NCBI GenBank assembly: GCA_964016885.1 | Contig: OZ024743.1 | Span: forward strand, 312,418,001-312,482,000 | Source: Eledone cirrhosa | Taxonomy: Eukaryota | Length of the DNA stretch: 64,000 nucleotides | Reading direction: 5' to 3' | Shown here: one piece after another, positions 55,370 to 64,000 of the stretch | Position numbering within the stretch: position 1 is the stretch's first letter | Layout of the letters: the number at the start of each line of letters is the position of its first letter | The notes under the pieces: generated by a model | The model's database searches: none | Told to the model about the DNA's origin: nothing | Seen by the model: only the letters and a program-made list of their open reading frames with translations | Program-made: the position numbers and the translations under genes

Positions 55370-57150
55370 GCCCCAGTTGACCCATAAGAGGTAGACTCCC
55401 CACCATAACCTCAATGGCAAAAAAGGTTCCCATGGGAAGGTGGAATGGGTGGGCCAAAGCCATACGGACACCCAGAAAGACGGATCAGGTGAGAAAAATG
55501 GTCGCGCGTGCAATAGGGGCTAGTATTAAAACTACCCTAAAGGGCCATATGTTTAAATTCAATGAAAAGATCTACACCCAGAATGAGGAAGCAGCCGTTG
55601 GCATCAGCATAGCTGGTGATGTTGCCAATCTATTTATGGTATGGTGGGAAAGGAGACTCAAAGATCTCCTTGAAGAGAGCTCCATAGACCTCATCATGTA
55701 CTCTCGTTACGTAGACGATAATAATATAGTAATAAGAACACCCCCACAAGAGAGTACTAACGAACATGATTTAGAATATAGCACAATGGAAGGCATCCAG
55801 CGCATAGCTAACTCCATACACCAGAGTATAACTGTAACTGTTGACTACCCCTCCAAACACCCTAACAATAGACTACCTGTATTAGACACGGAACTCTGGA
55901 TGAACACTATAGACGAGCGGGTCCAAATTCTCCACTCACACTATGTTAAACCCATAGCCTCCAAATATCTGATACTCAAAACTCAGTAATGTCCAGTAGT
56001 GCTAAGTTTAATATTCTGATCGCAGACTTGGTACGAGTGATGAAGAACGTGTCCCGCATGTGCGACCCAACAGAAATGGAAAGACACATCCAACACTTCA
56101 TCAACCGCATGCAGTTCTCTGGCTACAACCAAAGAGACAGAATCAGAGTATACAAAGAAGACACGGATAAGAATAAGATCCTCATAGAAATGGACATGAA
56201 ATGAATTTGCCCATTATACAGGAGGAAATCATGGAATAGCTTAGATAGGACTAAACATAAGATAGGGAAAGCCACCTCATGGTACAACAACGAGAGATAC
56301 CAGAGTGTCATGTTCGTTGATGCTACCCCTGGGGGTAAAATTATCTAACCAATGTAGAAAGGCCCTAAGAAAGACCCACTTAAAGAGTAAAGTGGTAGAA
56401 AAGCCAGGAACTACCATAAAATCCCTGATCAGCAAAACATACCCCTTTAAGAAAACCCACTGTACTAATAAGAAATGTGTTATATGTAAAGTGAACCCCC
56501 AGATAAACTGTAAAACTAGAAATGTAGTCTATAGCATAAGATGTACAGAGGGTACTTGCAGAAACATGACAACGACATACATAGGTGAGACAGCTCGAAC
56601 CATAGGAGAAGGAATAGACCAACACTGGGGGGAATTAAAAGGACAAAAAAAAAACGGTTCAGTACTATACGAACACGCCAGACAAAAACATGACGAGAAC
56701 ATAGACAACATAGAGATTAAAATAATATCTAAACATAGAAATGACCCAACAGGTAGGCAAATCAGAGAAGCGAACGAAATAGAGCTTAGAAAGCCAAAGT
56801 TAAACCGAAAAAATGAATGGAATAACAACAACAACCATACCCAAACAAACAATATTGACTTAAGAGAAATATAAATAAATAAATAAATAAATATATACAC
56901 AAGTACAATAACAACAAACACATATAAACACACACTAATAAACAAAGATAGAATACAAAAATTAAAATACATACACCCAAACGCGAACACGCACACCAAA
57001 CATACACACACGCAAACGCATGCGCAAAGACAGAGACATAAAATAAATAAATAAATAAAATAAAAATGGCGTAAACACAACACAATAGGAGGAAACATGA
57101 TAATAGTACCACTGATGGTGTTGCAGATGTGCAACGAAAGAACTTTGTTA
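55370..57150 (+). mobile_element. Penelope-like element (RT C-half plus GIY-YIG plus 3' HHR), frameshifted
   Basis: VANLFM, YSRYVDD, LPVLD; VVYSIRC..YIGETAR..EANEI..PKLNRKNE. Confidence 0.92.
57110..57147 (+). ncRNA. Hammerhead motif with A9G change
   Basis: CA CTGATGG t GTTGCA-GATG-TGCAAC GAAA GAAC TT TG, followed shortly by (TA)n. Confidence 0.65.
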
Positions 57151-58114
57151 GACTATATATATATATTTATATCTGTATTTTTAACCGTTGGTCAATCAAT
57201 GATAAACATTGATTGCCAAATAAATTAACTATGGAGATATAAAAGATGCAGAAGCGAAAACCAAACAAACAGTGAGTGTGTTCTGTTATTATTTCTGGCA
57301 ATATTATTAAAACAATATGACCCTCCCCAAGTATAATATATATATATATATATCGTCCACCCTTGCAAGCAGGGAAGAGCGGACGTAAAATGATGATGAT
57401 GATATTACTGTGTCGTTTGCTTTGTAATTTGTTTACGTTTAGCACATATATATATATGTGTATACATATTCGCACACATATATCATCGTCATCATCAACG
57501 TTTTTACGTCCACTTACCAGAAACACAATGTTGGAATATAAACATTGTACAAAGAATCACAAATTCTCATAAGGATAAAAATGTTGGTGATAATGACACA
57601 AAAATGTAGATATAGAAGAAAAGAAAGATTAAAAAAAACTTCCTGATTTCCTCTTAGAAAAACGTTCAAAGAAACTAAATCTAATTAAAAGAGAGGGGGT
57701 GAGGGGGAAATGATCTGAGGAATATTAAGAAAAGGAAATAACTTTAGATAATTAGTATTTTGTAATTGTTACACATCAATTGACTGTGAAATCAACAGGA
57801 ACAAAAATAAAGATATCATTCGGTAAATATCCAAATTATACTAAAAATAGGTGGGAGGGATGATTTTTATGATCAATGTAAATACAATTGTTAGCCAAGG
57901 TGTGGCCAGTTTCCTGATTAAAGCCAGCTGGTCACAATAGTGGTAACAATAAATACCCTGATGATATGACCAACCCCGTTACTTCAGCCACAAACCCAGA
58001 CACTACTGCCAACAGCCTAAAGGAGTAGATGATCAAATACCAGGCATTGACTGACCAACTCCTTTTTGTCAATCACCATTGAGACTTCCAGTATCTTTAG
58101 TTCCTCGACTACAG

Positions 58115-58255
58115 TGTTTCTAGTAGTAAGGTGTTGGACTCATGATCATAATGTCATGGTTTCGGTTCCTGGATTGTGTTGTGTGTTGTGTTCTTGAGCA
58201 AAACACTTTATTTCACATTACTCCAGTATACTCAGCTCAAAATGAGTACCAGCAA
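58115..58255 (+). mobile_element. Diverged CORE-type SINE
   Basis: TTGTGTTCTTGAGCAAAACACTTTATTTCAC. Confidence 0.7.
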
Positions 58256-58399
58256 TAGTTGGGGGTTTAACCCTACAATAGACTGACATCCTGTTAAATG
58301 GGAAATCTTGTATTCTCAGTTGCTTAACACCACAGAAACCGGGACAAGTATCAGCTTGATGAACCTGGCTTCAGACAGACTTTTGACTTTTCAGACATG

Positions 58400-59170
58400 T
58401 TTCTTTGTCAATTTAAGCCTGTTAGTCTCGACCACAGTGACTGTAAACACTTAGACAAGATAACCCTCTTTCCATTTCAGAGCCATTAAAACCAGGAGAC
58501 GGGATGGAAAGAATGGAAAAATGGAGGTAGCGGAGACTAGTATGAGAAACTAGATAAAAAGTATACATAGCATGAAAAGAGACTAAAAGAAGGAGGTTTG
58601 CCAATGTGTCAGTGTGAATCAGAATATTGTTGGAGAAAAGTTTGTTTAAAACGACACCAGTGCACTTAGCATCACTAATACTCAAAAGAAAGAGGCCTGG
58701 AAATGCTACTGTGTGAGGGTGGTGAATGTGGAAAATGAGTGGGAGGAAGAGAGACTACTCCCAACTGACCCAGCAGAGGGACCAGCTATCAAAATTGACA
58801 GTTATTGGATCAAAGAAACAATCAAGGAGATGAAAAATCGGTAAAGCCAATGGACCATCATCGGATATAGTTGCAGAGATGCTGAAAGCATCTGAGAAAG
58901 TAGGTGCTGAACTAGTTATCCATAAAGACCATTAGGTAATACAGGATGGGATCATATCTAATGACTGATGCCGCAGTATACTCATTAATTGCTAGAAGGG
59001 AAAATGTGATGCAGTTGAGGAAGACCTGGGCAGAAGTGGTGATTGCTGATCTCAAATCGATGAAGCTCACACAGGAGATGACAAAGGGACATGACAATCG
59101 AAGAGATGCGGTGCTGAAAGAAACTCCAACCCATGCAAACATGGAACAAGCAAATGCAAAATGATGATGA
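58400..59170 (+). mobile_element. Old, deleted RTE fragment
   Basis: KANGPS..IVAEMLKA; RKTWAEVVIADL; (TGA)n tail. Confidence 0.65.
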
Positions 59171-59251
59171 TATTATATATATATTTATAACAGAGTGTTG
59201 CAGCTTGCTTGAAGCATTGTTGAATAGGAAATATAAATTTGAATAATTTAA

Positions 59252-59512
59252 AATGCATTAGAAAATAATAGAATCTTACCTTAGCAAATTCACTTATCCC
59301 AAATATTTCCGGGTTTAAAAACCAATTATGAAGGGAATATCCCTATGAAGGTCTCTGCCTTCCTAACAACACATCGCTGAACGATCCTTTAAGACCTTCA
59401 CAGGGTTACTCCCTTGATAATAGGTTTTTAAACCCGGAAATATTTGGGATAATTAAATTTGCTAAGGTAACATTCTATTGTTATCTTGGCACCTTTGATT
59501 TTCTAATGCATT
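59252..59512. mobile_element. Diverged fold-back pLTR-like element
   Basis: Arms ~59252-59354 and 59392-59512. Confidence 0.8.
59410..59449 (+). ncRNA. Hammerhead motif, U3-A8 variant
   Basis: TCCC TTGATAA ta GGTTT-TT-AAACC cg GAAA TAT TT GGGA. Confidence 0.6.
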
Positions 59513-59569
59513 GTATGGCTTTTAAAATGATTTTAATTGATATATATTTATATACTTATATATATATAT

Positions 59570-61392
59570 CATCATTATCACTGTTTAACGTACATTTTTT
59601 CACGCTGGCATGGGTTAGACGAGTTATCCTGTTGTAAGCAATGCCAGGAGAGGTGATCATGTCTAGTTCATATAGAACCAATTTTGGCTTGGTTTCTACA
59701 AGTGGATTCCTTTCTTAGCCTCAACCTTATTTACAATGAGTACTTGGTGTTTTTTGTCGTGTTTCAGTGTGGACTAGATGCTTTTTGCCGTGACACCTAC
59801 ATGAACAATTTACAGTGTGGGCTGGGCACTTTTTGCCGTGTCGCCATCACGAACACTTTACAGTGTGGGCTAGAGGCTTCACTGGATGAATACTTCAGCT
59901 TGTCCTCATGGGAGATGTATGGGAGTGGGCGGGGTGGCGTGGGGTGGTGCACAATATATAAATGCTTAAGCTTCAGCTGAGCCCGTGAGAAGTCGTGTCT
60001 TTTGTATTACTGCGTAGAGCCAGAGATCTTGGTCCTGTGTCATCGACTTTGAGAAATGCAATTGGGCAAGGTCAGCTTTTATCACCTCATCGCAAATCTT
60101 CCTGAGTCTCCCCACTCCACGGCTATATATGTATATATATCATCATCATCACCGTTTTACGTTCGTTATTTCACGCCAGCGTGGGTTAGACGGGTTGTCT
60201 TGTTGTGGGCAGTGTCCGGTCAGCTGACCTTATCTTGCTCATACGGGAACTGATTCTGGTTTGATTTCTACAGCTGGATACCCTTCCTAACACCAACCTC
60301 ATTTACAGTGAGTGCTGGGTGCTTTTTCCGTGGCGCCTACACGTCCACTTTATAGTGTGGGCTAGGCGCTTTTTTGCCGTGGCACCTCCACAACAACTTT
60401 GCAGTGGGAGGGGGTGGGGGCATATGTTCTATATGCTTCAGCTTTGGCTTGAACCCGTGGGGGGTAGGGTCTTCTGTATTACTGTGTGACGCGAGAGGTC
60501 GCGGTCGTGTATCATCGCCTTTGATAGGTGTAATTGGGTGAGGTCGGCTTTTATCACCTCATCCCAAGTCTTCTTGGGTCTCCCCACTCCGCGGCTCTCA
60601 TCGACTTCTAGTACTCTGCACACAGCATTTGATTCCTCTTATGCTCAGTCTCTCTCTCAATTCGTTTATGCTTTGCCGTTCGCGTATATTACTATTACAC
60701 ATCCATCGGAGCATGCAGGCTTCGTTTCTTTCTAATCTACGCAAGTCTTCTACAGACAGCGCCTAAGTATACATGCATCATACAGTCTGCCTTTCATTTT
60801 GAGGGAAAAGCCTTTTGCAGCTAGCAGTGGCAGTAGCTCCCTGAACTTCTTCCATCCCATTCTTACCCTAGTTATTGTACTTTCCCAACACCCACCTCCG
60901 CTGCTAATTCCGTCACCTAGGTAGCAGAAGCTGTCTACTGTTTCTACAGAGCCTTCCCAGAGTTTGGTGGTGCTTGCTTCCTGTGGCTGTTTGCTGCTTG
61001 CTGTCCCAGCGCAGCTGCTACATATGAAGCCTACATTCTTAGTTAAGCTTCCTGAGATCCCACTACATCTCTTGTGTTCCCATTGTTTGCATTTGGGGCA
61101 GAGGATGGAGTTCCTACCTACACCTTTCCTACATACTGAGCAAGGCCATTTCCCTGAGGGGATCTGGGTTCTGTTTTCTCGTCTACTTACAAGGACCTTA
61201 GTCTTTGTCAGGTTGACTTTGAGACCCTTTCTTTCTAGTCCCTGTTTTTCCATCTTTGGAATTTCTTCTCTAGTTCTACCATAGATTCAGCTATAAGTGC
61301 CGGGTCATCTGCATACAGGAGTTCCCAATAACTCCTCCGTTATTGCCTGAAAAACTATGAGGAACAGGAGAGGGCTAAGAACAGAGCCCTGG
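59570..61392 (-). mobile_element. Two nested or adjacent RTE LINE 3' fragments
   Basis: GLKVNLTKTKV, CSVC..HKRC, FCYLG, GRPKKTW; tails near 59570 and 60140. Confidence 0.88.
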
Positions 61393-62690
61393 TGGACACC
61401 GACCTGTATGCTAAATTCCTTGCTATAGTCATATATATCTTCTTCAATAAACTAAGCCTAGGCATCACTTTCGAACTTAATTCTAAAAGAGCTAACTTCT
61501 TAGATGTATCACTCAACCTAAACACAGGACTAATAGAGATCTTCCATAAAAATAACGAAAATCTAGCATACATTAGTTATAACTCAAACTACCCTCGCTC
61601 CATAATTAACTCCATAGCACATAGTGTATCCTTTAGAATTTCACGCTTATCTTCTAACCCAGAGATTTTTAATGAACACGCGAACTACTACAACATAGCT
61701 TTACTTAAGGCAGACCACAAGTAGAGGCTCAAATATATACCAGATACAGACAATAACAACACACCAAACAACAATAACACCATCCACACCTATAGAAATA
61801 GCAAATATAGGATTAAACATGGAAATAGACAACGGGCACCAGAAATAACTGAACCGAATACTAATATAAGGACCCCTAGGAACTATAGAAAATCCAGAGA
61901 TAGGAAATACTTATGGTCCAATCCAATATTTAACTCCTCTATAAAAACCAAACTACCTTCTACATTCTCTAAACTAATTGACAAGCACTTCCCTAAACTT
62001 CATAAATACCATAAAATCTTTAATAGAAAAACTATCAAACTATCTTACTCTACTGCAGCCAACATAGAATCACACACATAAAATTAACTATAGAAGAATC
62101 TCTAATGAAAATAACTTAGAAACAAACACCATAACACCAAATACAAAACACAAACACATAACATCACAACCACACATACGTCAGAACGCATCACAACAAA
62201 ACATCAACAAACCCAAATCTCAGCCCATATTTAACAACATACAAAACCGCATCGAAGAACCGGCACACAGAAAGGCCTCAAAATGTAACTCTCACTTACT
62301 GGATAAATGCCCACTACAAAATAGATGCCTGGATTCAAATATAGTGTACCTGTGTACTATAAATTCAGGCAACTTAGCATGGCACTACATAGGTTCTACG
62401 GCTGGGGAGTTCAAAAAAAGATGGTACGTTCACAGGAATTCTATAAAGAACTGTAACTAATGAACACAACAACGCTCGCCAATAAAATCTGGGAGCTTAA
62501 GGATTCAAACCAAGAATACGGGATTAGCTGGTCGAAATTATCGGGGGCAAAGGCCTACAGAAATGGAATGTCCACTGCGGACTTTGCAATTTTAAAGTAT
62601 GACAACATGTTGCTTAACACCAAAATAGAAAGGTCAATTTTCTGTAGGCATAAAGCAGCTACTAAATTCGCAAATTTCAAACCAACATGA
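61393..62690 (+). mobile_element. Decayed Penelope-like element
   Basis: NFLDVSLNL, SNYPRSI, RISRLSS; CPLQNRCL..IVYLC..YIGST; CRHK. Confidence 0.85.
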
Positions 62691-62754
62691 TTCGATCCAA
62701 TAATCCCATAATTCAAACTGAACCACTTAGAGTCTATAACCCATTATTATTAAC

Positions 62755-62937
62755 TATTGGCAGTATCGGTAGAGGGTCGGACGCTATGCTTTGGAGCACA
62801 GTTACATCCTTTTACGGACTGAGTTCAAATCCCGTCGAGGTTAACTTTGCCTTTCATCCTTACGGGGTCTATAACATAAAGTACCAGTAATGTACTGGGT
62901 AATTACTGGCCTTGTGCCAAAAGTAGAAACAATTATT
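62755..62937 (+). mobile_element. OK-like SINE
   Basis: Matches family. Confidence 0.9.
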
Positions 62938-63334
62938 AACTGTCAATAGATCAACTAATCACTGAATCAATATCATAACCTCCTCACCTTTCTTTCTTTC
63001 ACTCTCTTTCCCTAAAACTATTTCACCTCTTCCATTATATCCTACCATGTTCTCTTCACCTCTCACATAACTTTCAATTTAGTAATTTATCCTTTATTTA
63101 TCACTGTATTATTTCTTCATAATATAACCCTCTGTAATTTAACCAATACATATGTGTATATATTTAATATTTTCATATTTATACCATCACATCTTTATAC
63201 GTACACACCACTATAATTTTAACCACCACCACTACCACCACCACCACAACTATTTTCAACGATCATATTATGTTCACTTTTTTTCACACATATTTTTTAC
63301 CTATTTTTTATCATCTTCATTCTAACTTATTCAT

Positions 63335-63610
63335 TATTATTTTTTTATTTTTTTATTTTTTATTTTTTATTTTTTATTTTTTATTTTTTATTTTTTATTT
63401 TTTATTTTTTATTTTTTATTTTTTATTTTTTCTTTTTTCTTTTTTCTTTTTTATTTTTTATTTTTTATTTTTTCTTTTTTCTTTTTTCTTTTTTCTTTTT
63501 TCTTTTTTCTTTTTTCTTTCTTTTTTCTTTTTTCTTTTTTCTTTTTTCTTTTTTCTTTTTTCTTTTTTCTTTTTTCTTTTTCTCTCTCTCTTTTTCTTTT
63601 TTCTTTCTTT
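63335..63610. repeat. (TTTTTTA)n/(TTTTTTC)n tract
   Basis: Direct reading. Confidence 0.93.
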
Positions 63611-64000
63611 ATTACTGATGTGATTTGAATTTTCCTAGTATATTACAAACGCTGTGTATAATTCTAATCAGTTATTCTGATAATTTGATTAGACATGCAT
63701 GTATTTAAAATTGAGTGACACAAGTGATTAGCAATTTTTAGACACCCTAATCAAAGAAACAATTGTTAATACTGTAAATAAAACCCTCTTTTGTACAGTT
63801 GAACATGTTATTCGTCACTCTTTCACTATATATATATATATATATATAGAAAGGATGAATATAAAATGAAAGTGCTTTTGTTAAAAAAGGAATTTATTAG
63901 GTATTGACATATGTTTCTGTAACAGACCGAATACCTATGTATCGCTGCTTGCGTAATCATATAATGTTAGCAAGTATTCGATAGCAAATGTATAATCAGT

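Noticed and set aside
57540-58110. Unique-looking stretch as a host exon, including CTGATGA near 57958
   Set aside because: No convincing ORF, splice pair or GAAA partner
63270-63623. Phe-rich membrane-protein-like ORF
   Set aside because: Translation of a T-rich microsatellite
63895-63925. Minus-strand GAAACATATGTC HHR 3' half
   Set aside because: No recognisable core upstream within the window

Overview
Eukaryotic, almost entirely repetitive window; no host protein-coding exon can be supported. The repeat content (tRNA-derived CORE-type and OK-like SINEs, kb-long TA/TATG tracts) suggests an octopod cephalopod (inference). Contents: decayed non-LTR retrotransposons (RTE, Tx1/L1-like, two R4/Dong-like, CR1-like), four Penelope-like element (PLE) ORF fragments, about 12 SINEs, a Helitron-like non-autonomous element, and a 17.6-kb modular A/C-rich macro-repeat with a ~10-kb duplication and a telomere-like array caged between inverted repeats. 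The main signal is a dense set of minimal type I hammerhead ribozymes (HHRs) from many unrelated short elements, sitting mostly in TA-rich microsatellites. These include a 481-bp tandem retrozyme-like array, three families with a covaried U3-A8 core, and fold-back insertions, two of which turn around at or near HHR stem II. All folds were read by eye, not computed. The long Y/I/M/C/V ORFs are microsatellite artefacts.
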